Below are positions 1 to 9,716 of a stretch of 64,000 nucleotides of DNA, piece after piece. The DNA is taken from positions 1,152,001-1,216,000 of the forward strand of contig CAVSGI010000010.1 in the NCBI GenBank assembly GCA_963727445.1. The letters are read 5' to 3'. The stretch is from an uncultured delta proteobacterium (lineage in GTDB: Bacteria > Myxococcota_A > Polyangia > Polyangiales > B10-G4). The position numbers were made by a program, and so were the translations under genes. The notes under the pieces are model-generated. The model searched no databases and was not told the origin of the DNA. It saw only the letters and a list, made by a program, of their open reading frames with translations. How positions within the stretch are numbered: the first letter of the stretch is position 1; every line of letters starts with the position of its first letter.

Positions 1-25
1 GGTGGAAGCCGCCGTAGCCCGCTAT

Positions 26-1171
26 TCAGTTCAGCCCGTCGACGCTGAGCGAGTAATCGTCGGTGCAGCTGTGGCCGCGGAAGCGGGTGACGCGGATGTA
101 GTAGGTCCCGCTGTCGTCGAGGGCGAAGCGCTCGCCCCAGAAGAGGTGCTCGTCCTCGTTGAGCGAGTTGACGCCCGAGACCAGCGCGTTGCGAGCGACG
201 CAGTCGTCGTAGTTGCGGTAGAGGAAGACGTCGTAGTCGTGCCCGCTCGGGATGTTGGTGAGGTCCACCTGGATGTTCTCGCCCGCGAAGGAATCGTCGG
301 CGAGGAAGCGGTAGCAGTCGACGCGATCCGAAACCGAATCGAAGCGCGCGTTGATGGTGATCATCGGGTCGGTCATCATGCTCAAGAGCGCGCAGGTGTC
401 GCAGGTGTCGTTGGGCTCGAACTCGTCGGGGTTGGTGGGGTCGACGCCGTCGCAATCCTGATCGATGCCGTCGCCGCAGATCTCCATCTCGCCCGAGCCG
501 CCCTCACACGCGCCCCAGGTCCCGGCTCCGTCACAGGTCTCGACGCCGGGCCCGCACATGCCCATGCAGGGCCGGGTCGCATCCATGCAGTCGGGGTCGT
601 CGCAGTCGATCATCCCGTCGCAGTCGTCGTCGAGCATGTCGGTGCACTCGGTCTCCCGCGCGCCCGCAGCGCAGGTGCACATGCCCATGCTGCAGATCTG
701 ATCCGCGTCGCAGGTGCGGCCGCACACGCCGCAGTTCCCTGGATCGCTGTCCGGATTGATGCAGGCCCCATCGCAGCGCGTGTACCCCTCGGGACAGGTG
801 CAGGAGCCGCCGCGGCAGTCTTCGTCGGCGGCGCAGGGGTTGTCGCACATGCCGCAGTGACTGCGATCGGTCGCGAGGTCGGCGCAGGAGCCGCCGCACG
901 CGACGGTCCCCGAGGGACAGGTGCGCGAGCACATGCCCGCGCTGCAAAAGCTACCCGCTGCGCACTCCATGCCGCACGACCCGCAGTTGCGGCCGTCGTT
1001 CTGCGTGTTGACGCAGCGGGTCCCGCACAGCTCGGTGGGCACCTCGCACTCGCCAACCCGGCCGTCGGTGGAGGCGTCCATGCCGCCGCCATCACCTGGG
1101 CCGCCGCCGCCGTCGTCCCCACAGCTCGCGAGCGCCAAGAGGGTTGGAAACAGCAAAGCCAAGAAGCGCAT
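26..1171 (-). CDS. Cys-rich lipoprotein: MXAN_6577/Stigma1-like repeats, CxDGxDxDCDG metal-binding motifs, C-terminal PPC-like domain
   Basis: Start MRFLALLFPTLLALASC (lipobox); three CxxxxxDxxxCGxCxxxC repeats; ECTDMLDDDCDG and EICGDGIDQDCDG; DEFEPND followed by DYDVFLY...GTYYIRV. Confidence 0.8.
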   Translation of the reverse strand: MRFLALLFPTLLALASCGDDGGGGPGDGGGMDASTDGRVGECEVPTELCGTRCVNTQNDGRNCGSCGMECAAGSFCSAGMCSRTCPSGTVACGGSCADLATDRSHCGMCDNPCAADEDCRGGSCTCPEGYTRCDGACINPDSDPGNCGVCGRTCDADQICSMGMCTCAAGARETECTDMLDDDCDGMIDCDDPDCMDATRPCMGMCGPGVETCDGAGTWGACEGGSGEMEICGDGIDQDCDGVDPTNPDEFEPNDTCDTCALLSMMTDPMITINARFDSVSDRVDCYRFLADDSFAGENIQVDLTNIPSGHDYDVFLYRNYDDCVARNALVSGVNSLNEDEHLFWGERFALDDSGTYYIRVTRFRGHSCTDDYSLSVDGLN

Positions 1172-1346
1172 CACGGACGAGCCTATCAGCAACGGGCGAG
1201 CGACCGTGAGCTTGCCGGGAGGAGGGCCCAGGCCATTGGCGCGCGTAATCGTTTGAAATGACTGCAGGTACGGGGAGGCACCGACAACGCGCCGCGGGCC
1301 GCCCCCGAAGAATCGAGGGCGATCCTCTTGCGCAGGCGGTCCCAAT

Positions 1347-1372
1347 AGCGTAACTCAGGTCAGCGTTACGCT
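1347..1372. promoter_or_regulatory. 8-bp inverted repeat AGCGTAAC-N10-GTTACGCT, candidate operator (possibly TrmB)
   Basis: Perfect inverted repeat directly before GGAGG (1375-1379) and the ATG at 1384, at the head of an operon encoding a TrmB regulator. Confidence 0.45.
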
Positions 1373-1383
1373 TTGGAGGTCCG

Positions 1384-3585
1384 ATGGCGGGTTGGCGCTG
1401 GCGAGCGTTCGGACAGGCAGTCGTGAGCCTCGCGCTCCTCTGGGGAGGATGCGCAGAGGGCGACGCGGGCCCAGACGCGGGAAGGCCCGACGTCTCGCAC
1501 CTGGACGGCGGGGCAATCTACGCAGCTCAGTGCGCGTCGTGTCATGGCGAGGTGGGTGAAGGCGGCCTCGGGCCGTCGCTCGTCGATTGGTCGCGCGGCG
1601 AAGACGCGCTCATCGACATCATCGACGTCCGGATGCCTCAGACCAATCCGGCGGCTTGCGACGAAGCCTGCGCCACCGCGGTCGGACGCTACGTCATCGC
1701 GACCTTCACCAGCGAAGCGCTCGCATGCGACGAGATCACACCAGGCCCACGGCAGCTTCGACTGCTCACCCGCCGCGAGTATCGGAACACGATCTACGAC
1801 CTCTTCCCGACGCTGGCGCCGGGCGCGGAGGCCGCGGCGGATCCGGGCGCCACCGAGCCCTGCGGCCTGACGCACTTCCGCTACGACCCCGGCGGAAGGT
1901 CGCTCTCGAGCGTGAGCGTCGCCGGCAGCTTCAACGCGTGGTCTCCCACGGCCTGGCCGATGAGCCTCGACGCGAGCGGCGTCTGGGTCCTCGACCAGAC
2001 GCTGGCCGAGGGCACCCACCAGTACAAGCTGGTGCTCGACGGAAGCGAGTGGGTGACGGATCCCTCGAACTCGGATCACGCCGCGGATGGCTTTGGCGGG
2101 CAGAACTCGGTCATCGTCGTCTCCTGCAGCAGCACCAGCCCGGCGCCCTCGACGACCGCGGGTCTCACCGACCCAGCCGACGGCTTCCCGGTGGAGACGC
2201 GGCCCGACGGATTCCCCTTCGACGACCACGCCGAGTCGGGGCGTGTCACCCCGGTTCACGCGGAGGAGCAGCTCCGCGCGGCCGCGCGCGTGGCGACCGC
2301 CCTGGGCGACGGCATCGCCGACCTCGCCCCCTGCGACCTCGCCGAGGGCGCGAGCTGCGCCGAAGCCTTCGCCCGCGACTTCGGCGCGCGCGTCTTCCGC
2401 CGCCCCCTCGAGGACCGCGAGGTCACGCGCTACGCGGCGCTCGTCACCGGCGCCGCCACGCCGGCCGAAGGCCTCGGGATTCCCCTTCGCGCCATGCTGG
2501 TCTCGCCCGCCTTCCTCTATCGCAGCGAGGTGGGGGAGGCGCAGGACGACGGCACCTTCGCCCTCACCGGCTGGGAGATCGCCAGCGCCCTGTCCTACGG
2601 CATCTGGGGGACCATGCCCGACGAGGCGCTCTTCGATGCCGCGGCCGACGGAAGCCTCGAAACTGACGAAGGCATCACCCGCGAGGCCCAGCGTCTCCTC
2701 GCCGACCCGCGCGCCGGCGCGCTCCTCGGCGAGGTCGGCATCCAGTGGCTCGGCGTGGAGGCCATCGCCGACAAGCCGAAGTCGAACGTGCTCTTCCCCG
2801 ACTTCGACGATGCGCTCCGCGCGTCGATGCTCGAAGAGACGCGCCGCTTCGTCGCGCACGTGGTGCTCGAAGGAAGCGGCCGCTTCGACGAGCTCCTCAC
2901 CGCCGACTACACCTTCGCCGACGCGCGCCTCGCCCGTCACTACGGCATCGGCGGCGTGGACGGCGACACCCCCACGCTGACGCCCACCGCGCCCGAGCGC
3001 GCTGCCGGCGTCCTCGGCCACGCGTCGGTCCTCGCCCGCTACGCGCACTCGGACCAGAGCTCGCCCATCCAGCGCGGCGTCTTCGTCCGCCGCCGCATCC
3101 TCTGCCAGGACTTCGCGCCGCCGCCGCCCAACGCGGGCGGCGTCCCCGACGTCGACCCGGAGGCCACCACCCGCGAGCGCTTCGCGCAGCACACCGCGGA
3201 CACGGTCTGCCGCGGCTGTCATCAGTACATCGACGAGGTGGGCTTCGGCTTCGAGAGCTTCGACGCGGTCGGCGCGTTCCGCACCACGGATCAAGGCCGC
3301 CCGGTCGACAGCCACGGCGACATGGGCGACGTCGAAGGCATGGGAACGAACACCTCGGCGCCGTTCTCGACCCTGCCCGAGCTCGGCCAGATCCTCGCCG
3401 AGAGCGACGCCGCCGAGGCCTGCTTCGTGCGGCAGTACACGCGCTACGCGCGCGGCATGCGCGAGCGGGCCGAGGACCGATGCGCTCTCCTCGACCTGGC
3501 GGAGCGCTTCAGCGCGAGCGGCGGCGACATTCGCACGCTCATCGTCGACACCTACCTCTCCCCAGCCTTTCGGAGGAGAAAGTGA
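1384..3585 (+). CDS. Diheme cytochrome c lipoprotein of the DUF1592/DUF1588/DUF1595 (PSD/PSCyt) family with an inserted CBM48-like glycogen-binding domain
   Basis: Lipobox-like WGGC; CASCH and CRGCH; LRLLTRREYRNTIYDL, SPAFLYRSE, SSPIQRGVFVRRRILC, GFGFESFDAVG; insert VAGSFNAW...HQYKLVLDGSEWVTDPSN...DGFGGQNSVI at 1861-2127. Confidence 0.85.
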   Translation: MAGWRWRAFGQAVVSLALLWGGCAEGDAGPDAGRPDVSHLDGGAIYAAQCASCHGEVGEGGLGPSLVDWSRGEDALIDIIDVRMPQTNPAACDEACATAVGRYVIATFTSEALACDEITPGPRQLRLLTRREYRNTIYDLFPTLAPGAEAAADPGATEPCGLTHFRYDPGGRSLSSVSVAGSFNAWSPTAWPMSLDASGVWVLDQTLAEGTHQYKLVLDGSEWVTDPSNSDHAADGFGGQNSVIVVSCSSTSPAPSTTAGLTDPADGFPVETRPDGFPFDDHAESGRVTPVHAEEQLRAAARVATALGDGIADLAPCDLAEGASCAEAFARDFGARVFRRPLEDREVTRYAALVTGAATPAEGLGIPLRAMLVSPAFLYRSEVGEAQDDGTFALTGWEIASALSYGIWGTMPDEALFDAAADGSLETDEGITREAQRLLADPRAGALLGEVGIQWLGVEAIADKPKSNVLFPDFDDALRASMLEETRRFVAHVVLEGSGRFDELLTADYTFADARLARHYGIGGVDGDTPTLTPTAPERAAGVLGHASVLARYAHSDQSSPIQRGVFVRRRILCQDFAPPPPNAGGVPDVDPEATTRERFAQHTADTVCRGCHQYIDEVGFGFESFDAVGAFRTTDQGRPVDSHGDMGDVEGMGTNTSAPFSTLPELGQILAESDAAEACFVRQYTRYARGMRERAEDRCALLDLAERFSASGGDIRTLIVDTYLSPAFRRRK

Positions 3586-4951
3586 TGTGGAGTAAGCAGA
3601 CCCGACGCCGCTTTCTGCGCGGCATGCTGGGAGCCGCGGCGGCGGCGCCTCTGGGCCTCGCCATCGGCCACGCCGCGCGCGCCCTCGATCCTTCGGGCCG
3701 CGCCCAACGCGTCATCTTCTTCTACTTCCCCGACGGTGTCGGCGGCGTCTCCGAGAGCGGCGAGGCCTCTCTCTTCGACGCGCGGCTCGAGGGGGGCGCG
3801 GTGCAGCTGAGCGAGATCCTCGAGCCCCTCGGCGATCGAAAGCGCCACTGCGTGTTCCTCAACGGGCTGTCGATGGGCTCGGTGGACGAGGGCTCGCATC
3901 CCGGCGGCGCCAAGAAGCTCCTCACGGGCACCGACGGCGGCTACGGCATGAGCATCGACCAGTTCCTCGCCGGCAGCGCGGGCGCCGACGCGCCGCATCG
4001 CCATCTCTATCTGGGCGCGATGGCGAACGCCGACGGCGCGAGCGGCGACAAGCACATCAGCTATCCCTCGGCGGGCTTCACCACGCCGCCCGAGGACGAC
4101 CCCCGCGAAGCCTTCCGGCGCGTCTTCGGCGCGGCGCTCCCGCGCGCCCGGCCCCGGCATGCCCGACACCGGCGCGGCGGCCACGCGCAGCATCATCGAC
4201 ACCGCCATCGCCGACATCACGGACCTGCGCGTGCGCCTCGGCGACCTCGAGCGGAGCCGCCTCGACCTGCATCTGGACGCGCTGCGCGAGGTGGAGGGTC
4301 GCATCGATGCGCTGCCGCCGCCGATGGCCGCGAGCTGCGACGAGCCGGCCGGTCCCGACGACTTCGGCGCGCGCCTCTACGACCCCGAGCTCTTCCCCGA
4401 CATCCTGCGCGCCCAGATGGATCTCATGGTCCAGGCGATGGCGTGCGGCCTGACCCGCGTCGGCGTGATCGCAGGCCTCGCACCACACCAGCGAGCTCAT
4501 CATGAGCCGCTTCCCCGGCACGGCGATGTACGACCCGGGCTTCGACATGCGCAGCCATCAGGCCTCGCACTACGGCGCGCGCCACGACCGCTCGAATCGG
4601 CTCTTCGTCGACTTCCTCGCCCAGCGCCGCTGGTTCGTGCAGCAGCTCGGCTACCTGATCAATCAGCTGGCCGCGCGGCCCGAGGGCGCCTCCGGGGAGA
4701 CCATGCTAGACCACTCTCTCGTCCTGGTGAGCAGCGAGGTCTCGGACGGGAACACCCACAGTCATCACGACATGCCCTTCGTCCTCGCGGGCCACGCCGG
4801 TGGCTCGCTCAGCGGCGAACGGGTGCTCGAGTTCGGAGGCCGCCGCCACGGCGACCTCCTCGCCTCGATCGCGCACGCGATGGGGCAGCCGGTGATGGGC
4901 TACGGCACGGACAGCCACGGGCCCCTCGACGGTCTCCTCTCCGGAAGTTGA
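3585..4951 (+). CDS. DUF1552 (HXXSHH) family Tat-exported protein, split by two +1 frameshifts (~4143, ~4471)
   Basis: MWSKQTRRRFLRG Tat signal; FFYFPDG, SIDQFLA, RLDLHLDALREVE, AMACGLTRV, HQASHY, MPFVLAG spread over three successive frames; start overlaps upstream stop (GTGATG). Confidence 0.8.
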
Positions 4952-4955
4952 AGAC

Positions 4956-5846
4956 ATGGCAGAATCGGACGTCGTCGATGCCCTGGTAGAGCTGGGCTTC
5001 ACCATCAACGAGAGCCGCGCTTACGCCGCGCTCCTCGTCGCGGGACCTTCGACCGGCTACGAGGTGCACCAGCGCGCAGGCGTCCCGCGCTCCGCCGTCT
5101 ACGGCTCGCTCCGGCGCCTCGTCTCCCACGGGGCGGCGCGCTCGGTGGCGGGCTCACCCGAGCGCTTCGTCGCCGTCGCGCCCGAAGAGCTGATGGTGCT
5201 GCTTCGCAAGCGCCACGACGCACAGCAAGCCGGCCTCGAGCGGGCCATCTCCACCCTCGACGTCCAGCCCGACGTGCCCGAGGCCTTCACCGTCGAAGGC
5301 TACGAGCGCATCATGGAAGAGGTGGAGCGGCTGGTGCGCACCGCGGAGGATCAGCTGGTGATCAGCGGTTGGCCGCGCGAGCTCGCGCGCCTCGAGTCGG
5401 AGCTCGCCGCCGCGAGCCGGCGTGGCGTGTACACCGTCCTGTTCTCCCACGCGTCGCTGCCACGCGACCTCGCGGGCATCCATTTCAGCTACGGCCGAAA
5501 CGAGGCGGACCTCGAGGACTTCTGGGAACACCGCCTGACCATCGTCGCCGACGACAAGCGGACGCTGATCGGCGCGGTCGAGGGGCGAGCCAGCGACGCC
5601 GCCGTGCTCAGCGAGACCCAGGCCATCGCCGAGGTGGCGACCAGCCAGATCGCGCTGGACATCACGCTGCTCGCGCAGCGCCACGGTCACGACGTCGAGA
5701 AGGTGATGGCGCGCATCCTGGGCGACCGGGTCGGGCGCCTCGACACCCTGGAAGGCAAGGGCGAAGGCGCGGTGGTCGGCAAGCGGCGAAGCGCGCCGAA
5801 GAAGCAGGGCGGCAAGGCCGCCGCCACCGAGGAGGTGGCGTCGTGA
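4956..5846 (+). CDS. TrmB family (sugar-responsive) transcriptional regulator
   Basis: LVELGFTINESRAYAALL...AGVPRSAVYGSLRRL winged HTH plus PLD-like sensing domain (LTIVADDKRTLIG). Confidence 0.85.
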   Translation: MAESDVVDALVELGFTINESRAYAALLVAGPSTGYEVHQRAGVPRSAVYGSLRRLVSHGAARSVAGSPERFVAVAPEELMVLLRKRHDAQQAGLERAISTLDVQPDVPEAFTVEGYERIMEEVERLVRTAEDQLVISGWPRELARLESELAAASRRGVYTVLFSHASLPRDLAGIHFSYGRNEADLEDFWEHRLTIVADDKRTLIGAVEGRASDAAVLSETQAIAEVATSQIALDITLLAQRHGHDVEKVMARILGDRVGRLDTLEGKGEGAVVGKRRSAPKKQGGKAAATEEVAS

Positions 5847-7930
5847 TCCGTTTCTTCCTCGCGTCGTCGCTCGTGCTCGCGGCGTTCGGCTGCGCCGAGC
5901 CCGGCACCTCGGCGCCGGACTCGGGTTATCCGGATCGCGCCGACGGCGGACCGATCCCCGGCTACGGCCAGCCGTGCAGCAGCGGCTATGGCAGCGGCCT
6001 CAGCTGCACCGACAGCGGCGTCACCACCATGCCCGACACCGGGCCCCCGCCCCCGCCGTGCAACCAGCACACCTTCACGTACGTCGACGCGATGGCGTCC
6101 ACCGTCTGGGTCACCGGCAGCTTCACCGACTGGGCGACCACGCCGGCAGAGGGCGCCATCGAGCTGATGGACGACGGCACCGGCACCTGGTCCGTCACCT
6201 TCCTGGTCGAGCCGCCGGGTGAGCATCAGTACAAGTTCATCATCGACGGCACGACGTGGATCCCCGATCCCGAAAACCCCGACAGCGTCGACGACGGCTT
6301 CGGCAGCACCAACAGCGTCATCACCCTGTGCTTCACCAGCTGCGGCAACGCCGACGACTACGACTGGCGCGACGCCGTGATGTATTTCGCGATGGTCGAC
6401 CGCTTCAGCGATTCGGACGGGCGGAGCGATCCGGTGGCCGGCGTGAGCGGGGGCGACGCGCGGACCGGGCCCAGCGGGCAATACGCGGGCGGCGATCTGC
6501 GCGGCGTGATGAACCAGCTCGAGTACCTCGCCAACCTCGGCGTGACCGCGCTCTGGCTCTCGGCTCCTTACGAAAACCGCAACTCCGCGGGCGCGGCGAT
6601 CGACCCCTTCTCGGATTCACACACCTACTCGGCCTATCACGGCTATTGGCCCTCGCCGCCGGCCGTCGACTACTCGGCGGCGGGCGGCCCGTCGCCGCGG
6701 CCTCGGGTCGAGTCGCGCATCGGCACCGAGTCCGATCTGCGCGCGCTGGTCGACGAGGCGCACGCCACCATGGGCGCCGACGGCCACGGCATGAAGGTGC
6801 TCTTCGACTACGTGATGAACCACGTGGACATCGAGAGCGGGCTCTACGGCGCGCATCCCGACTGGTTCGCCCGGCGCGACGGGCGCTTCCCCCTCTGCGG
6901 TCCCGAAAACCTCTGGGACGACCCCTACTGGGGCATCCGCTGCGCCTTCACCGACTACCTGCCGGCCTTCGATTTCGACAACGACGCAGCACGCGGCTGG
7001 TCGGTGAGCGACGCCCTGTGGTGGGCCGAGGAGTATGGCATCGACGGCTACCGCCTCGACGCGATCAAGCAGGTGCCCGAGTCGTGGCTCATGGACCTTC
7101 GAGCGCGGCTGAACACCGAGATCACCAGCCCCGAGGGCGACCGCTTCTATCTGGTCGGCGAGACCTTCAGCTACGACGATCCGGGACTGCTCCGGCGCTA
7201 TGTCGACCCCTCCACCATGCTCGACGGCCAGTTCGACTTCCCCTTCAAGGCGCGCGCCTGCGAGGCGCTCTTCACGCCTGGCGGACGCCTCGACACCCTC
7301 TCGGGGTGGATGGATGACAACGATCGCTTCTACGGACCGGACGCGATCATGAGCACCTGGATCGGCAACCACGACATCCCGCGCGCCATCCACTTCGCGA
7401 GCCGGGAGATCACCGACTGCCGCCAGGGCAGCAATCCCGGCAACGGCTGGGACTGGCGCCCGGCGCAGCCCACCGACGCCGCCGCTTACGAGCGGCTCTC
7501 CCTCGCCTTCGCCGTGATGTTCACCAACCCTGGCATCCCCCTCATCTACTACGGCGACGAGATCGGCCTGGCCGGCGGGGGCGATCCGGACAATCGCCGG
7601 ATGATGAACTGGAACGACTCTTCGCTGAGCCCGGCCCAGCTCACGCTCCGCGAGCGGGTGGGCGAGCTCGCGCGGGCGCGCGCGGTCAACAAGGTCCTGT
7701 CGCGCGGCCGCCGCATGACCATCTCCGCCGACCAGGACACCTGGGTGTACCGGATGACCGGCTGCGGCGCGGACATCCCGGACGCGGTGGTCGCGATCAA
7801 CCGCGCCGACTCGGGCCGCTCGGTCGACATCCCTGCCGGCTCCTGGGTGAACCTCATCACCGACGCGCCCGTCGCCGGGGGCCGGGTCGACCTCGGCCCC
7901 AGAAGCTACCTCCTGCTCGGACAACCCTGA
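5843..7930 (+). CDS. GH13 alpha-amylase family lipoprotein with N-terminal CBM48-like domain
   Basis: GTG start overlapping TrmB stop; lipobox AFGC; GGDLRG, YHGYW, DYVMNH, catalytic GYRLDA / VGET / GNHD, YYGDEIG. Confidence 0.9.
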   Translation: MIRFFLASSLVLAAFGCAEPGTSAPDSGYPDRADGGPIPGYGQPCSSGYGSGLSCTDSGVTTMPDTGPPPPPCNQHTFTYVDAMASTVWVTGSFTDWATTPAEGAIELMDDGTGTWSVTFLVEPPGEHQYKFIIDGTTWIPDPENPDSVDDGFGSTNSVITLCFTSCGNADDYDWRDAVMYFAMVDRFSDSDGRSDPVAGVSGGDARTGPSGQYAGGDLRGVMNQLEYLANLGVTALWLSAPYENRNSAGAAIDPFSDSHTYSAYHGYWPSPPAVDYSAAGGPSPRPRVESRIGTESDLRALVDEAHATMGADGHGMKVLFDYVMNHVDIESGLYGAHPDWFARRDGRFPLCGPENLWDDPYWGIRCAFTDYLPAFDFDNDAARGWSVSDALWWAEEYGIDGYRLDAIKQVPESWLMDLRARLNTEITSPEGDRFYLVGETFSYDDPGLLRRYVDPSTMLDGQFDFPFKARACEALFTPGGRLDTLSGWMDDNDRFYGPDAIMSTWIGNHDIPRAIHFASREITDCRQGSNPGNGWDWRPAQPTDAAAYERLSLAFAVMFTNPGIPLIYYGDEIGLAGGGDPDNRRMMNWNDSSLSPAQLTLRERVGELARARAVNKVLSRGRRMTISADQDTWVYRMTGCGADIPDAVVAINRADSGRSVDIPAGSWVNLITDAPVAGGRVDLGPRSYLLLGQP

Positions 7931-7937
7931 GGCGTTC

Positions 7938-9638
7938 GTGAAGCAGTACCCGCGAGCGCTCTTCGGCCTGCTCCTGCTCGTGGGGTGTGGGACCGAGAGC
8001 GAGCCGCGGCCGGCCGTCGCCACACACGTGGACGATTGGCGCGACGAGGTCATCTACGAGGTGCTCACCGACCGCTTCGAGAACGGCGACACCGGCAACG
8101 ACGATGTCGACGGCGTGTCCATCGTCCCCGGCGATCTGTCTCGGCATCAGGGCGGCGACTGGGCGGGCATGCGCGCGCGCCTTCCCTATCTCGAGCATCT
8201 GGGGATCACCACGCTCTGGATCTCGCCCATCGTGAAGAACCTGCCGCGGACCGAGACCGAGGACGGCTATCACGGCTACTGGGCGTCGGACTTCACGGAG
8301 ATCAACGACCGCTTCGGCAGCGTGGAGGACCTGCGCGGGCTCGTCGACGACGCCCACGACCGCGGCATGAAGGTGATCATCGACGTGGTGATGAATCACG
8401 CCGGGCGCGTGTTCTCCTACGACCTCGACCGCGACGGAGTGTCGGACCCGGACGAGTGGGAGCCGCCCTACTCGCCCACGCCCATCGACGCGCCTCTCGT
8501 GTGGGTCACCGATCCGCCGCGGATGTGGACGCCGAGCGCCCTGCTCTCGAGCGACCCCTTCGCGGACCCGGACATCTTCACCCTGGACGAATCGCACTTC
8601 CACCGCCGCGGCGCCAACAATTGGGAGAGCGTCGACGAGGTGCTCTTCGGGGACTTTCCGACGGGCCTCAGGGATCTGGCGACCGAGCGCGACGACATCC
8701 AGAGCGCGTTGGTCGAGACCTACGCGCAGTGGGTGCGGATCACCGACGTCGACGGTTTCCGCCTCGACGCCGTGCCGCACATCGCCCCGAGCGAATGGGC
8801 GATCCTGGCGAGCCGCCTCCGGGAGCGCCTGGCCGCGATGGGAAAACACGACTTCCTGCTCCTCGGCGAGGTCTTCAGCCCCGACGCAGAGGAGCTCTCA
8901 CGCTATGTGGAGCCGGGGATGCTCGACACGGTCTTCGACTTCACCTTCCGCGAGTACGTCATCGACCAGGTGATCCTCGCCGGGTTGCCCCCCACCTACG
9001 CGCGCCCCGCCTTCGACCCCCTCGAAAACGCGCTCCCGCGAACGCCACAGCCCATGGGCATCGGGCTCACGCCGCACCAGGCCCGCGTCGCTTTTGCCGA
9101 CAATCACGACACCCAGCGGATCCGGAACATCCTCGACGATCCCTACGCGGTGGAGATGGCCATGACCGCGGTCTTCACCATCGACGGCATCCCATCGGTC
9201 TACTACGGCACCGAGCAGGGCATGAGCGGCGGCGGCCACCACGCCTCCCGCGAGGTGCTCTGGGAGACGGGCTTCGACGAAACGCATCCCACCTACGAGC
9301 TCATCGCGCGCCTCGCGGCGCTCAGGCGCGCACATCCCGCGCTTCGCTATGGCGCGCTCTACGTCCGCTTCTTGAGCCCGAGCGGGGGTCTGTCGACCGA
9401 AGACGACGCCTCCCTCTTCGCCTGGGAGCGCGCCCACGGAGATGACCGCACCCTCAGCGTCTTCAACGCGCACGCCTACAAGGAGAGCGAAGCGACGATC
9501 CCGACGGGCTTCGCGCCGGGCACTGTTCTGAGGGACGAGATCTACGACCTGATCCCACCCGTGACGGTGAACGGCGACGGCAGCGTCCAGGTGCGGCTGC
9601 CGCCGCGCAGCGCGGTCCTGCTCGCTGTGAGCTCGTGA
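7938..9638 (+). CDS. GH13 alpha-amylase/cyclomaltodextrinase-like lipoprotein
   Basis: Lipobox LVGC; DRFENGD, GGDWAG, YHGYW, DVVMNH, GFRLDA / LGEV / DNHD, YYGTEQG. Confidence 0.9.
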   Translation: MKQYPRALFGLLLLVGCGTESEPRPAVATHVDDWRDEVIYEVLTDRFENGDTGNDDVDGVSIVPGDLSRHQGGDWAGMRARLPYLEHLGITTLWISPIVKNLPRTETEDGYHGYWASDFTEINDRFGSVEDLRGLVDDAHDRGMKVIIDVVMNHAGRVFSYDLDRDGVSDPDEWEPPYSPTPIDAPLVWVTDPPRMWTPSALLSSDPFADPDIFTLDESHFHRRGANNWESVDEVLFGDFPTGLRDLATERDDIQSALVETYAQWVRITDVDGFRLDAVPHIAPSEWAILASRLRERLAAMGKHDFLLLGEVFSPDAEELSRYVEPGMLDTVFDFTFREYVIDQVILAGLPPTYARPAFDPLENALPRTPQPMGIGLTPHQARVAFADNHDTQRIRNILDDPYAVEMAMTAVFTIDGIPSVYYGTEQGMSGGGHHASREVLWETGFDETHPTYELIARLAALRRAHPALRYGALYVRFLSPSGGLSTEDDASLFAWERAHGDDRTLSVFNAHAYKESEATIPTGFAPGTVLRDEIYDLIPPVTVNGDGSVQVRLPPRSAVLLAVSS

Positions 9639-9716
9639 CGCGCGCCGCGCGCCCCACGAGAGGGCGACGCGCGCGATCACCTTGACCCGCGGGTTTCTCC
9701 GTGAGGTCATCGCACC

